Shown here piece by piece: positions 17,606-29,773 of a stretch of 64,000 bases of DNA (the first letter of the stretch is position 1; each line of letters opens with the position of its first letter). Source of the stretch: a virus. Lineage: Duplodnaviria; Caudoviricetes. The stretch covers positions 1 to 64,000 of the IMG/VR virus record IMGVR_UViG_2563367078_000003. One strand, written 5' to 3'. Below the pieces are notes generated by a model. It was not told the DNA's origin. It searched no databases and worked only from the letters and a program-made list of their open reading frames with translations. The translations under genes were made by a program, and so were the position numbers.

Positions 17606-19436
17606 TAGCGCGCAGCTCTTTCACGTAGTAGAACGCGAATTTGAACGCGGCAGGCTGGTCGACGAATCCGCCGTACCAATTGCTGATGTTCCTGAACTTG
17701 TCGAACGTCACCACAGCCCACCGCCCCTGCGTTAGACTCTTGAAAACGCACGCCCTAGGGCAGGTCTTGTTCTGCATCTCTCCGCTTTGAATTAATACGT
17801 ACGTACGGTTTGCTAATTGTCGAACCAGAACACAACTCGGGTCGGCCGAAGCTGCCGCAATCCCCGCAGAGTTTCAAGGTCATCGAAGTATCCCGATCCG
17901 AGGAAATCGCGGTAGGTCGTCATCTCGCCGGAACCGGGATCGGCTGGCTGCCACCATTCCCCACGCCGGTCTTCGAACTCCGCGTCGTAGTCGAACTCCA
18001 GCAGCTCGTCCGCGCTCGGCCATGACTCGGAGTGGGCGTCGATCCCCCAGGATTCAAATTCTCTGCGGATACCTCGAGATGCATTCAGTGGAAGCCCTCG
18101 AGGCTGGGAGATCGGTGGCACAACAGAATAGTTCCGAACATCGGCCAGCCAGCCGAACAATCCGTAGTGGCGGCAATCGAAGATGTCATCGGGAATCATC
18201 CGCCACCGGCTTGACCCATTACTTTGTTGTTCAATAAAAGCGTGGATATCACAGCCCATTATTCAGTTCTCTTTCTTGATCAGAAGCACGGCGGAGGAGT
18301 GGGATCGAATCCGTCGTCGGGCAAGCCTGCATACCTGGCGCATTCGCCGCGATGGATGTCCCACTCGTCGCCGTTCATGTCGGTAATCCACGGGCCGCCG
18401 GTCGCATAGCACACGCAGCAGTACCAGTCGTCGTGACTCACCACGAGATGTGCAGCGCGTAATCGCCAGCGGGAATCAATCCCCGTGCGTACAGGTCGGT
18501 TATAACCGCTTCGAATTCCGGGTAGTACTCGCGGTGCCAGTGCATATCCCGTTGCCACTTGTATTCGAACTCGCCGAGCGGGGCGGTGCACCATTCGAGT
18601 AGCGACGGACCGTTCCAGCCGTAGTCGTCATCGTCGTCGAATTCATATTCCAGCGGCAGGGAGAATTCGTGGATCGTGTCCTGCCCCATCATGTTGCCCT
18701 GTTGTTGGAAGCTGTACGGCCGCTGGTACGTCTTGGTTACCAGTGCACTGAAATCGCGTTCGTTGATCAGCGTGACCGTCTTGCCGAGTTTGATCATTCG
18801 ATTTCTCCGTGTTTATTCACGCGCACGTTCGTCGGCTGCATCAACTTCGATCCTTCTGGAAGCGTGATGAGGTTGCCCCAATCCCTGCCGTCCGGGCCGA
18901 TTTCCCGCCACCAGCACGGCATGCGATACGCGATATTCCCGTTGGGCAGAATGACGACCCGTGTTGTAGCCTGCTCGGCTGCCGCCCCTTCCAGCTCCCC
19001 AACACGCTCACTCAGCTGGAGCAGTAGTTCACACATCGAGTGGATCGCAGTGCCTGCTTCTTTGGCCCAATCGTCGACCGCCAGGCACCATTCATTCAGC
19101 GCGGCGGGAAATTCGTCATCATGGTTCATGTCATGGGTCCGTCTTTCCAGAAGTGTTTGTGCTCGTTGCCCCACTCGTTGGTGCGCTGATCCTGGTAGGC
19201 GTAGCAATCTTCGACCGACGCCCACGTACACAGCTCGCCGGGTTCGTGCTCGACCAGGTCCGGCCTGCAATCAGACAACCAGTGACGTCGCGGGCGGCCG
19301 GTGTCGAAGTCATACGATTTGTGCGACAGGGGCGTTCCGCAGAAATGGCAGCGATGGGTGTCGTAGTTGCATTGCTCGCAGCACCAGAAACAGCCTTTAT
19401 CGGTGTGGTCGATATCTTGGCAGTTTGGGTTCATCG
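17598..19436 (-). CDS. Run of hypothetical genes (incl. 17598-17777, 17813-18259 MGCDIH family, 18438-18797)
   Basis: MGCDIH...R.Y.LF..LA.VRN...R.VFWFDN common phage family; packed ORFs. Confidence 0.65.
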
Positions 19437-19579
19437 TTTCGGCTGCCACAACTCGGTCCGGTCCCGCCGCCGCAGGGGGATCGTCAGGTGTCCCCACGGT
19501 GTTCCGACATGGATCCGCCACGGCGCACCGAAGTACCGGCATTCCCGGTCGAGCAGGCAACAGTGCAGTGACCAGTTCT

Positions 19580-19876
19580 TCATTCGAGCATCCCTTCCGG
19601 CCCGTATCGCAGCGCAGTGCCTTCAAGAAATTCCCGGCCGACCGGGTTGGCGGTGTGGACTGTCAATCGCGCAGGCCACCAATCGTTTTCACACATCCAC
19701 AACATCACCGGCCGGGTTGTGTCGTCGCCGCCGAGGTCGTGGTCCAGTGACAGGTGATCGGCGTGGATCTCCAGCAGCCGCCAGAGGTTGAGGATCGCGA
19801 CCGCGTCAGCGCTGGTTCTGGCTACGGTCCATCCCTCCGGCGGCTCGCGCAGATCATCGACGAACAACCTGTTCAA
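19580..19876 (-). CDS. Cyclic-phosphate-processing receiver-domain protein
   Basis: LFVDDLR..P..W...R...LSLDHDLG...VHTANPVG; TTG start overlapping upstream stop. Confidence 0.85.
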   Translation of the reverse strand: MNRLFVDDLREPPEGWTVARTSADAVAILNLWRLLEIHADHLSLDHDLGGDDTTRPVMLWMCENDWWPARLTVHTANPVGREFLEGTALRYGPEGMLE

Positions 19877-20102
19877 GCCGCTGGTCGCCACAACACGATC
19901 CCCGGCACGGCGAGTTCATAGATAGGCCACTCGCGATGACCGCCGAACTCTGACCACAACGGCTCCTGAATATCCTCGACGGAGATGCGCAGCCAGACGA
20001 TCGGACGCGGGTCGGTTTGCCAGTCGCTGAAGGTTGTTTCCATGTAGACCGACCCGACCGGAAGCTGCTCCAGCTGTTCGACGGTTTCGATCTTCTCGTA
20101 AT

Positions 20103-20882
20103 TCACAGGTGGCCCTTCTCATACCAGTGGTCGGTGTACACGTCGGTAAGCCACCGATCGATCCGCTGACGGTCGGGGTGTTCGGGAAGGTCGGCGTGGA
20201 GTTTCAGGTAGTCGAGCTGGGCGAGGAGATGTTCGGCGTAGGCGAGAGCTTGTTCTTTGGTGTGCTTGCCGTGCCGCAGATCGGTCAGCCACGTTCGGTG
20301 CGGCTCCGCCATCGGCAATTCGATCCGGCCGGTGGTCAGCAGTTCGACACCTTGCAGGCCCAAACGGACCATGTGGTACCCGTATTTTACGTCCCAACCG
20401 TATTTCTCGATCAGCTCTGGCCGGTTAGTCCGTTGACTCTTCAGGCCAACCATTCGCTCCCGTTGACCCATCAGGTACCCCGCGAACCTATCCGCTACCT
20501 CGCGCGACAAGAACCGATCCGGTGCCGCTTGCAGGTCCCGGCCGAATGCGTTGATTGACCGAATCTCCTGCGGCGGAATGTACATCAGCAACAAGACTGT
20601 GGGATTGCCCTGTGCCGCCAACCGTGCCCACTTCCGCAACGAGTAGACGCACAGGTCGGTGTCTCCCGCGCCGGAACGTACGCCTTCAGGCTGGCTGCGC
20701 CACAGGTACTGCTCGAACTGCGCGTTGCCGATCACGTACTCCGGCGGCTCGATGCAGACACCCATGAGGTCCAGGTCGTCATCGCCGGTTGTGACGCCGT
20801 GGAGTCCCGATCCGACCTGTCCGAGCAGGATTGTGCTCTCGTCGGCGATCTTTTTGAATTCCGGTGTGTCGTGCTTGGTCAT
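20103..20882 (-). CDS. Pol-beta superfamily nucleotidyltransferase (RlaP/Nuc-transf type)
   Basis: GS.LHG...DD.D.MGV, D...YSL.K..RLA..GNP..L, D.KY.YH..RL. Confidence 0.88.
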   Translation of the reverse strand: MTKHDTPEFKKIADESTILLGQVGSGLHGVTTGDDDLDLMGVCIEPPEYVIGNAQFEQYLWRSQPEGVRSGAGDTDLCVYSLRKWARLAAQGNPTVLLLMYIPPQEIRSINAFGRDLQAAPDRFLSREVADRFAGYLMGQRERMVGLKSQRTNRPELIEKYGWDVKYGYHMVRLGLQGVELLTTGRIELPMAEPHRTWLTDLRHGKHTKEQALAYAEHLLAQLDYLKLHADLPEHPDRQRIDRWLTDVYTDHWYEKGHL

Positions 20883-21742
20883 CTAATCACCTCTTGCCAT
20901 TCGCCGTCGCGGAATTCAAGGCCATCGAACGTCTTCGTTTCTGGATTCCATGCGGCAGTGAACTTCGCGGCGGTTCGCTGTTCGGTACGCACGATGTCGC
21001 TCAGCGCCCAGACAACCAGCCCGACAGCTGCAAAGAAGGTCGCAAAACTGAGCGCCACCACTGCCGCAGCGGCCCACAGAATAATCTCCCAGACGCTCAT
21101 TCGCCGTCCTCGCACATCACCGCTTCACCTCCACAAACTTCGGCACCCAGCCCCACCATTTGTCGAACTGCTCGGCGCTGAACTGCTCACCATCGGATTC
21201 GTCGATGAATACCCGCTCATTCCCGCCGGGGTGGCGGTACGACTTGTTTACGACTGCGTACACCGTTTTGCGCATCGGGTGAACGAGGTCGTCGAACTCC
21301 GGGACAACCAGCACGCCTGCCGGGATGTCTTCAATGTTTTCCCATTCACAGCCGGTGCGCCGCCACACATTCCCATCGAAGGTTTTGACATTCATCTCCT
21401 TCGCTTCCCTGTATTCGTCGTTGAATTCCAGCTCGCACACCCGGTCATCCAACCTGTCGAGATAGTCGCGGATGGCGGTTACGATGCTGAACAAACCAAC
21501 GTCTCCGTAGTCGCCTTCGATCATGTGCCGGATGTCGTGCAGATCTTCATTCATCGAAACTTGCCTTTTCGGGTGAAACTGCTTGATCGGTAACCTTTGG
21601 GACCATTCGACTCGAGAATCCATACCTGCCCGCACTCGCACTTCCATTCGCTGCCCGAGCCGTAGTCGTCGTCGCGGTCGATATTCCCGAACGGGTCGCA
21701 GTCGTGGGGGTGTGGCTTAGTTTTGATCCACTTACCCGCCAC

Positions 21743-22648
21743 CTAGAAATCTCCTTCAGCTACTTGCGCGCACATCAGGCCCTTGGCCCGCCACATCTCG
21801 ACGACGGAATTGCGATCGTCGAACACGCCCTGCACCGAATATCTCGGCGAGACGGCTTGTTCGAACATCTCGTTCTTGACTACGGCGTCTTTCCGGTAGT
21901 CGCCCTCGGCTCGCATCGCCAACAGGTCGGGGGTAATTCCGCACTGTCGCCGCAGCCAGTCCAGGGTCGTGTTATAACAGACGTCCTCGCGGCCGGACAG
22001 AACGACGATCCTGTAGCCAGCATTTCTCAAAGCCAATGCGGTCTGCACTACCGGCCGATGTACCGCGTCCTCGCCGACTCGGCTGTAGTCGTACGGGTCT
22101 CGGTCGGCCATCGTCGCGAGGGTGCCGTCGATGTCGAACACATACGCGGGCGGCAGATCCGGATCGGGGGTGTACACCGGGAACTCCGGAGCATCGTCAC
22201 GTGACGTCACCGGCTGCCAGTGTTCGATCGGGAACTTCTGTGCCATCTTGCGGATCACGTCGTCGCCGACCGGGTATTCGCCGTTGTACGGGTCTCGGCC
22301 GTTGTCTCGTTGCATACACTCTCCGGCCGACACCGGGAAGTCCTTGCATTCGAACTCGACGCCCAGTTTCTTCGCCAGGTCCGCCCAATCACGCGCCCAC
22401 CGAAGCCGCAGGTTCGTCGCGTCGATCACGACGTTCGTTCCGGCCCGCAGCAATGCTTCCGCCTGAGCCTTCTCCGCGATCGTGACGCGCTGCTCCATCT
22501 CGAACGGCAACAACCCGATTTTATCGAACAGCATCTGCCGCAGGTCGTCCCGCGAAACTCGCGCCCACGCGGGCCCTTCGCACAATTGCTTCGCCCAACG
22601 CGACTTGCCGCTAGCGGGGTAGCCCCTCGTGATTACAAGCTTTGTCAC
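21743..22648 (-). CDS. Polynucleotide 5'-kinase/3'-phosphatase (T4 PseT-like)
   Basis: GYPASGKS, SRDDLR, DATN kinase; FDIDGT, SGR, K, FDDR HAD phosphatase. Confidence 0.95.
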   Translation of the reverse strand: MTKLVITRGYPASGKSRWAKQLCEGPAWARVSRDDLRQMLFDKIGLLPFEMEQRVTIAEKAQAEALLRAGTNVVIDATNLRLRWARDWADLAKKLGVEFECKDFPVSAGECMQRDNGRDPYNGEYPVGDDVIRKMAQKFPIEHWQPVTSRDDAPEFPVYTPDPDLPPAYVFDIDGTLATMADRDPYDYSRVGEDAVHRPVVQTALALRNAGYRIVVLSGREDVCYNTTLDWLRRQCGITPDLLAMRAEGDYRKDAVVKNEMFEQAVSPRYSVQGVFDDRNSVVEMWRAKGLMCAQVAEGDF

Positions 22649-23558
22649 TCTTCGATCCTTATAGTCGCGAAATCCCTGTCGGTCACATGCGGGCTGTTGA
22701 TGGGAAGCGCTGCGCTTTTACGGAGGCCGATGCTTCGGGTTTCGTCGTCGTTCACCGCGATCACCGCCGTCATAGCCGGATAGACGTCTTTGAATTCGTT
22801 GTACACCCGGCAGTCGGCTCCGATCCATACACATCCGTCAAAGTCGACGAACAGGTTGTCTTCGAGGACATACCCGCTCTCCCCCGCCTCGAGGTCGCGG
22901 ACCCGTTTCCGCATCATGCCGCGAGGCAATTTGTCGTGGAATTTCATATGTCTTTCACATTCCTGACGCGGTCCGAACTCTTTTCGAGGTAGCCGCAGGT
23001 GTCGCAGCGATGCGCAAACATTTCGATGACGTACAAACATTCTTGGCAGATCAGTTTCGGCCGCCAGCACGGCGCGCAGTGAACTTCCGCGTAGTATTCA
23101 GCGGTATTGCAGCATCTCCAGGTCACGTTGTCGTCGGAAGCGCCTACCGCGATCTGGCATACCGGAGCCCAGTCGACCGCTGCGATGAAGTCGATAGCGG
23201 GCGCTGTCATGTCAGATCGAGCCCTCCGCAGTCCGGACAGGCGACCGGTTCACTGAGTTCGATCAGCTTCCATTCATGGCATTTTTCGCAGAACCACTCC
23301 TCGGTCATGAAATCGAACTCCATTCCGGGGCCAGCAGTAGGTTTTCCCCGCATTCGCATTCTTGGGTGCGCAGCCCGGTCAGGATGTACAACTCGGTCGG
23401 ATAGTCGCCGTCTTGAAGAATGACAGCGGTACGTGGGTCGTTGTACGCTTCGATCAGCTGCGGGTGGGCGTTCAGGGGAAGCTTCGTTTCGGTGGAAATC
23501 AGTGCGCAATATGCTTCGGAGCTGAACGGATTTGCTTTCAGGAAATGAACGCCGTACA

Positions 23559-24662
23559 TCATTCTTCTTTCGCGTTGAACAGCCGGGTGTCGCCGCAGGG
23601 TTCGAGCTGTTTCCAGATTTCCGCGTCTATCTGCTGCATCGGGAACAGCAGGTTTTTCATCCCGACAGGCCGGTCTTTGATTGCGAGGGCGAATTCTTTC
23701 TTCGCTTCGCTTCGCGGCAGTCCGGGAGTCCCTGCGATCTCGTCCCGGAAGGCGATCTGCGCGGCGCGGAGGGTGTCGCTGTAGCGCTGATGCAGGTCTA
23801 TCCATACGTCGCTGACCCACCCGTGGAATTCGTCCGGCAGCGGGGCAACCAGGGTCTCCAACGGCTGTCCTGCCGTCGCGTGCTCCCACACCATCTTTTC
23901 GGACAAGCCGGTGACGATCCGGTGCAGCCGCAGGTATTCGTCGTACTTGATCTTCACCCGCATACCGGAGTCGAGGAACCGGATCACGAAACCTTCGGCG
24001 TTGTCTCGCGCCTCCGGGTCGTCGATGACGTCTTGCAGCGTCCGATACTCGGTGAAGACCTTCACCCTGCCGCCAGGCCAGTCGATCTCGCTCGCTGGAA
24101 TGAACCGGCCGGTGGAGATCTCGATAGCGCCAAGCAGGACCAGGTCGTTGTAGTTGTAGTCGACAACGATCCGGTTGGCGGCGTAGATGATCTCGAACAA
24201 GTAGGTCAGTGCCGGATCGGGCTGGAAATACGGCGCGTAGTTAAACAGGTAGAAAGTGTTCGCCCACGCGGCCTGGTCCGACTTGAACGAGCCTTTCGTC
24301 GCGATACGCAAATCCGAGCCTCGACCGCCGCGTCCGACCGGGTAGCTGATGCCTAGGCTGCCGTCGAGCTTGTCGGTTACCTCTACCGGCGCGTCGAAGT
24401 CGAGTATCGGCATGCCGGGCCGGAGGTGTTCGCTGTCGTTGAAGAACTTCGGGAACGGCCGCGCCAGTATCGTTCCGGTGTGGTCGGCAATCAATCCTCG
24501 GCACCGCATCGTCGCGTCGTTCCACATCCGGTCGTATTGCGCGTGCTCGGTATAGCAGTAGATCGAGTACGAATGGAAGGGATGATTCTGGAAGCGGATA
24601 TATTTTCGTTCGATCATGTCGGCGAGCAGATCTTCGTCCATCAGATCGGAAATGTAGGTCAT
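23559..24662 (-). CDS. RNA ligase 1 (T4 Rnl1-like)
   Basis: CRGLI, RPFPKFFN, motif I KLDGS, TKGSF.S, FEII, NRIVV.Y, EGFV, K.K..Y. Confidence 0.95.
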   Translation of the reverse strand: MTYISDLMDEDLLADMIERKYIRFQNHPFHSYSIYCYTEHAQYDRMWNDATMRCRGLIADHTGTILARPFPKFFNDSEHLRPGMPILDFDAPVEVTDKLDGSLGISYPVGRGGRGSDLRIATKGSFKSDQAAWANTFYLFNYAPYFQPDPALTYLFEIIYAANRIVVDYNYNDLVLLGAIEISTGRFIPASEIDWPGGRVKVFTEYRTLQDVIDDPEARDNAEGFVIRFLDSGMRVKIKYDEYLRLHRIVTGLSEKMVWEHATAGQPLETLVAPLPDEFHGWVSDVWIDLHQRYSDTLRAAQIAFRDEIAGTPGLPRSEAKKEFALAIKDRPVGMKNLLFPMQQIDAEIWKQLEPCGDTRLFNAKEE

Positions 24663-25395
24663 GTCAGGTCGATTTCTCTTTCGATGGCCCGCAGCCCGTG
24701 CTTGACGAACGCTTTGATTGCCAAGTCGGCCGCGATGCAGTAATGATCGATCGCGTCTATGTCGTCGAGGTCGTCCCACGCGGGCCATTCAGGGCGGGCA
24801 ACCCGCAGCCGTTCGTACATCGCTTGCGCGGCGGCGACGACTGCGGGATTCCAATCGCTGGCGTACATCAATCCAGGTGCTTCGCTGCGTCTTTGATGTC
24901 GTCGACGAGCAGCTTGTAATGCAGTTCCCGCGACGGCGTTACGCCTGGGTTGCCGGGATTGAGGTCTTCGATCATTCGCGCCGCGACCAGGTTGAGCGCA
25001 CTCAGGATGACTTGTTCGACGTGCTCGTTGAGGATCATCGCTTGCGGGTCTTCGTTTTGCCGATGGCGTGCGCTGTGATCACACCGGAGGTGACCATGAG
25101 CATGTAACCTGCGCCGAAGCAAGCCGGAATCCACAACGGAGCGGTCACCCACCACCACGACCACGCCACGATATGCAGCAGTTTCAGGACAAGAAAGATA
25201 ACAAACAGAACGGAGAAGAGACTCATTGAATTCCTTTTGTGAAATACCATTTAATCGATGCCGACTCACCGGTCAGCGCGTACATCATCAGCCATTCCGG
25301 CGCGGCCATTTTTCGAGGCTTTGTCCGGCCGTCGATTCGTCGTTTAGCGCGCCACTTCGATTTTCTGCGGCCCGCTGCGCCGCTGCCATTCGACA

Positions 25396-25782
25396 TTACG
25401 GATGCTGAATACTCGGGATGATAGTTTCCGGCTTGAAGATGACGGTGTAATGGTTCGGCGAAACGTTCGCGCCTTCGAGCTGTTCGACGAAATACGTGAC
25501 GTTGTCCGACAGTCCGAGGTAATGCTTCTTGTACTCAGCCGAGCCGGTCTTGCAGGTGACTGCCAGCTTTTTCGCGTCGGAAGTATCGATCGAGCAGTAC
25601 CCTTCGATGGACAGCAGATACTTATCGGTGATCCCGTTGAAAAACACGATGCGACGCTCGATTTTGAACTGGTCGCTGTCCTTGGAGATATTCTGCGAGA
25701 CAACATTCGCGTCCGACGAACATCCCGCGAGCGCGACAACTCCCGCCAGCGCAGCCGCGCCAGCGATGATCTTCTTGTTCAT
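25396..25782 (-). CDS. Phage lipoprotein
   Basis: Lipobox LAGC; RRIVF.NGITD.Y...KKHYLGLSDNVTY. Confidence 0.85.
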   Translation of the reverse strand: MNKKIIAGAAALAGVVALAGCSSDANVVSQNISKDSDQFKIERRIVFFNGITDKYLLSIEGYCSIDTSDAKKLAVTCKTGSAEYKKHYLGLSDNVTYFVEQLEGANVSPNHYTVIFKPETIIPSIQHP

Positions 25783-25790
25783 TTCTGCCT

Positions 25791-26465
25791 TCAGGTTGTG
25801 ATCAATTGCATGATTTGTGCGTAGTTCAGCTTTTCCGGCATGCACCCGCCGTCCGCCGCGACGAAGCATCCGTTTTTCGCCGACAGCGGCAGATCCGCCC
25901 AGTTGACGCTTTTCGTCATCAGCATGTCGTGGATGTCTTTGCGGCCTTTGCCGTGCAGTTCGCGGTCCGAAAAGTGTGTCCGTGCCAGCATCTGCAAGGA
26001 ATTGCGTTCCCAGTCCTGCTGCCGCCAGACGAACACGTTCGGAGCGTCGGATTCCGGCACGGTGAATGCCCTGGCGTCGAACATCGCGGACAGGTCGCCT
26101 TCCACGAACAATCTGTTGAAGTGCATCGTGAAAGCCGACGCAGTAATCGACACCAATTTGCTCAGGTCGTTGTCGAACCACGGCTGTGATTGATGGCTGT
26201 CGGTGTCGGTGATAAGGAATGTCGCTTCATCGGATTGGGTGTACGCGAGCTTGAATCCCTGCATTTCCTTCGCGGTATGGATCACCGCCGACAACATCGC
26301 GCTCATCAAGTCGTAGTCGAACGGTTTATCACATCTGAGCCGCCGGGTGTAGGTGTGGAATGCCTTGCCGTCGACGCGGATCACGACATGCGAGTTCGGC
26401 TGCAGGTGGTGGTGCGTCGCCCGCTCGTAAAGTTTGATTCTGGTAGCGAGGTCGCCGGACTTCAT
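25791..26465 (-). CDS. tRNA(His) guanylyltransferase Thg1-like protein
   Basis: IRVDGKAFH, YTQSDE, K..S..AS, FDAR, WRQ.D..RNS. Confidence 0.95.
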   Translation of the reverse strand: MKSGDLATRIKLYERATHHHLQPNSHVVIRVDGKAFHTYTRRLRCDKPFDYDLMSAMLSAVIHTAKEMQGFKLAYTQSDEATFLITDTDSHQSQPWFDNDLSKLVSITASAFTMHFNRLFVEGDLSAMFDARAFTVPESDAPNVFVWRQQDWERNSLQMLARTHFSDRELHGKGRKDIHDMLMTKSVNWADLPLSAKNGCFVAADGGCMPEKLNYAQIMQLITT

Positions 26466-26489
26466 TGTTGTTCCGTTCGCGGTAGTAAG

Positions 26490-27224
26490 TCACCGAAGTG
26501 GTTTGGCGGAAGGATGCACTTCAGGCTGCCCTTCGTATTCGTGCAGTGCATCGGGCTCCCATCCCGTTTCCGTTTCTTGTAGGTGAAAGCCCCAGTCGTA
26601 TACCGTCGCCTCGTCCTGGTTCCTGTATCCGCGAGCAATCCAGTCCAGTGCGGCGAATTTCGATAGACCGAGCATCGTCCGCGCGAATTTGTAGTCGTAT
26701 TCGGCGTCGGCGCGATCGTTGGTGCTGTCGGCGATTCCGGCCGCTGCTTTCTTGTCGCGGTCGCGTTGTTTGGCTTCGGCGGTGTTGCAGTCCTTGCATT
26801 TGTTTCGCGGGTTCCCGGAGGCGGCTTTCGCGAACCTGTCCAGGGCCTGCCAGCGTTTGCAGGTGTTGCATTGCTTGTAGTCCGGCGACTTGACTCGCTG
26901 GCGATGACCTTTGTTGCCCGCGTTGTGGCACGGAATGCATACCGATCGCCGCACCTGCCGGGATTTGGTTTTGTCGACGACGTAGAACGAATCGGTCGGC
27001 AGGGTTTTCTCACACTTCCGGCACAGTTTTTCGGCAAGGACCGGCTTCGGTTGCTTTGAAGGCTTGGCGGTCTTTTGCTCGGCGTAGCGATTGCTGCGGT
27101 ATTGAGATTCACAGTTCCTGCAGTGCGACTTCAGATATTTACGCCCGCTGGGTTGTGTGCGCCACCCGAATTTATCTACCGGAAGTATCCGCTTGCATCG
27201 CGTGCATTCTTTTTCATCGGCCAT
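26490..27224 (-). CDS. Triple CxxC..CxxC Zn-finger protein
   Basis: Three K.CxxC....P...F......CxxC repeats. Confidence 0.75.
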   Translation of the reverse strand: MADEKECTRCKRILPVDKFGWRTQPSGRKYLKSHCRNCESQYRSNRYAEQKTAKPSKQPKPVLAEKLCRKCEKTLPTDSFYVVDKTKSRQVRRSVCIPCHNAGNKGHRQRVKSPDYKQCNTCKRWQALDRFAKAASGNPRNKCKDCNTAEAKQRDRDKKAAAGIADSTNDRADAEYDYKFARTMLGLSKFAALDWIARGYRNQDEATVYDWGFHLQETETGWEPDALHEYEGQPEVHPSAKPLR

Positions 27225-29765
27225 TCCTCTTCTCCGTCATTATCCAGGAGTACAGCGCAGCTGCCGCTTTCTCGCAGTGCTCGTAGTGTTCGTCCGGCAT
27301 CCACGCGCCGATTTCCTTGATCCGCTTGTTCAGCTCGGTCAGCCGGTTCTCCCGCTCCGCCAGCTGGCGCAGTGCTGTCCATCCATCGCTGGACTCGGCC
27401 GACCTTTGCCTCAGCAGCATCCGCCCGAGCAGCGCGTCGCGAAGATCTCGCTTCTGTCCGCTCATCCGGATATCCGGCGGTAGTGCCATCTCCCGGATCC
27501 GCATAGCTTCTCGCGCCTGCCAGCCGGAGGTAGGAGTGGTCGCAGCAGCCAGCAGAGCGTTCATCCAATCCGGCTGCAACTACAGGCTCCAGTGGATGAC
27601 CAGCGGAATCGTCTGCGCGTGCGGCAGGATCTTGATCGGGTGGAACAGAAAGGGGAACCAAAAATGCAGCATTGCTGCTCCTTTACAATTCGAGAAGTTC
27701 GTCGGAATACATCTGCCGGAGGATCTTGATTTCGCTATCGACCCTGGCGAGAACCCGGTCTGAATCATGTTCCGAGAGGTTGCCGCCGTATTCTTCGTTG
27801 GCTTCGAATCGGATCTCGCTGCCGGTCAATTCCGGGAAGGAGACGAGCCGGTACATCACTTTCAGTGCCAGCCGCAGGATTTCGTTGTCTTCCATTACGC
27901 GTCTCCTGTGTATCGCATCGTCATCCCGACCAGCTGCAGCGCTTGTTCCTCGTCGAACCCGGCGAATATCAGCGCTCGGTAGAGGTTGCGGGAAGCTCCG
28001 GCGATGTGGTGCGGCATGTCCAGCTCGGTTTCATCTCCGAGCTTCGGCAGTTCCAGCGGGTCGAGGCCGAATTCGTCAGAAGTCATCGTCGTCCTGTGCC
28101 TGGCCTTCGTTGATCTCGCCGTAGGAGATGACCATTCCCGGCAGCAGATCCCCCGCCAGCACCTGCCGCAGCTCGTTCGCCATTCCGGCATTGTTCGGTG
28201 CGACTACCGCTTCGATCGCGATCCACAACCGCTCCAGCGCCGCGCCGCGATGATCCGCCAACTCTTGGTACTGAATGGCGACGTCTTGGCACATCAGCGC
28301 CGTTTTATGCCACTGTTTCGCTATTTTCTGCCAGTCGCTCTTGCTTCGGCTCACCGGTCTCCTTCTCGTCGTACATCCACTCCAGCGCTTCATCGAAGTC
28401 GTCGAACTCGCGCAGCATCGGCCATTCCGGGTCGCAGATGTCGCGAAACTTCCACCCAACGCGCAGAGTGGAACTGACGCCATGTCCCCACGTATCCGCT
28501 TCGATGAAGATCGCCGACCCATTCGAGGTGCGGATCACTTGATAGTGGTCGGTGTCTTTGATTCGATGCGCCAGCCGGACGAGGACGTACGCCACCCAGT
28601 ATCGAAAACCGAATTCCTTCATGACCCAGATTTCATGACTCACTACAGCCCTGATTCTTTCGCGACCAGCATGCCGAAGTAGTCGATGTATTGCTCCGTC
28701 ACCGGCAGCTGCGCTTTGAAACTCGCCAACGCCGCGTCGATGACTTCTTCGGGATAATCCCCTCCGAGGCGGCCGAGTTCCTTCTTGAATTGCAGGGATT
28801 CGATGACATTGCCGATTTCTTCTTTTACCAGCTGAAGCGCGGCGAGCATCATTTCGTTATTCGTCATTGGTATCTACTCCATGCCTGCGTGTCGATACAC
28901 GTCTTCGCGTATGGGAGCTGCATTCCCCTCGCGATGACATGCAGCTCCCATAAATCGAAGAACAATCCCGCTTCAGCGGCGTACATCTCCAGCTCGGCCA
29001 CGTCATTCAGGTTCATCGTCTTCGCCGCATCTCGGCATGTGCTGCGTGGGAATCAGCTCCCATACGCCGTCCACCGACCACCAGCAGCACATCCGCCCGC
29101 CGTCGCTGCGTTCCCAGTCGAGGTCTTTGTTGCCGAGGCAGGCGTTGACGTAGCCCATTCCCGCGCCGATCCACGCGAAGCTGCCGACGATCTCGCTGTC
29201 CCGCAGCAGGATCCAGTAATACTTACGGCCGTTTTTGATCACTCAATCAACTCCCAGCGGTGTTCACTCGCCTGCGCGCCATTTTTTCCACTCGAACACT
29301 TCCGCGACGACCCAGGCGGTGTATCCGATCCCCGTAGCCGTCCACCACACCGCACCGTGGCTACAGATCTGGAACGCGTACGTCGCGGCGAGAATGAACA
29401 TCGCGATCGACCAGAAACCGAGGAACACCCGACCCGCGATTCCGAGGAGTACCACCATGGTCACGATCGCCCATTCGACCGGCGCGACAGTCCCGAACAG
29501 CCACTGCGAGAGCCAGCACAACGCGGTGTACACCAGCAGGAATCCGCCAGCCCATGCCAGCCAGGATGTAACTTTACGAATCACGATTGGTGCTCCTCAA
29601 TTTCGCTACCTCTACGAGGATTTTCACTACGATCTCCTCGGCCTTCTCCCGCGCGTACAACAGTTGCTTGCCGTCGACTTCGATGACGATCACGTTCTTC
29701 GCCGGTATGATGTAGATATCCATATCCGGGTTGTCGTATTGGAAAATAAGGTCACTGTGCATCAT
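27214..29765 (-). CDS. Run of small hypothetical genes (27214-27579, 27683-27895, 28305-28643, 28643-28867, 29003-29242, 29264-29584 membrane, 29574-29765)
   Basis: Packed same-strand ORFs. Confidence 0.6.
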
Positions 29766-29773
29766 CGCGGTAC

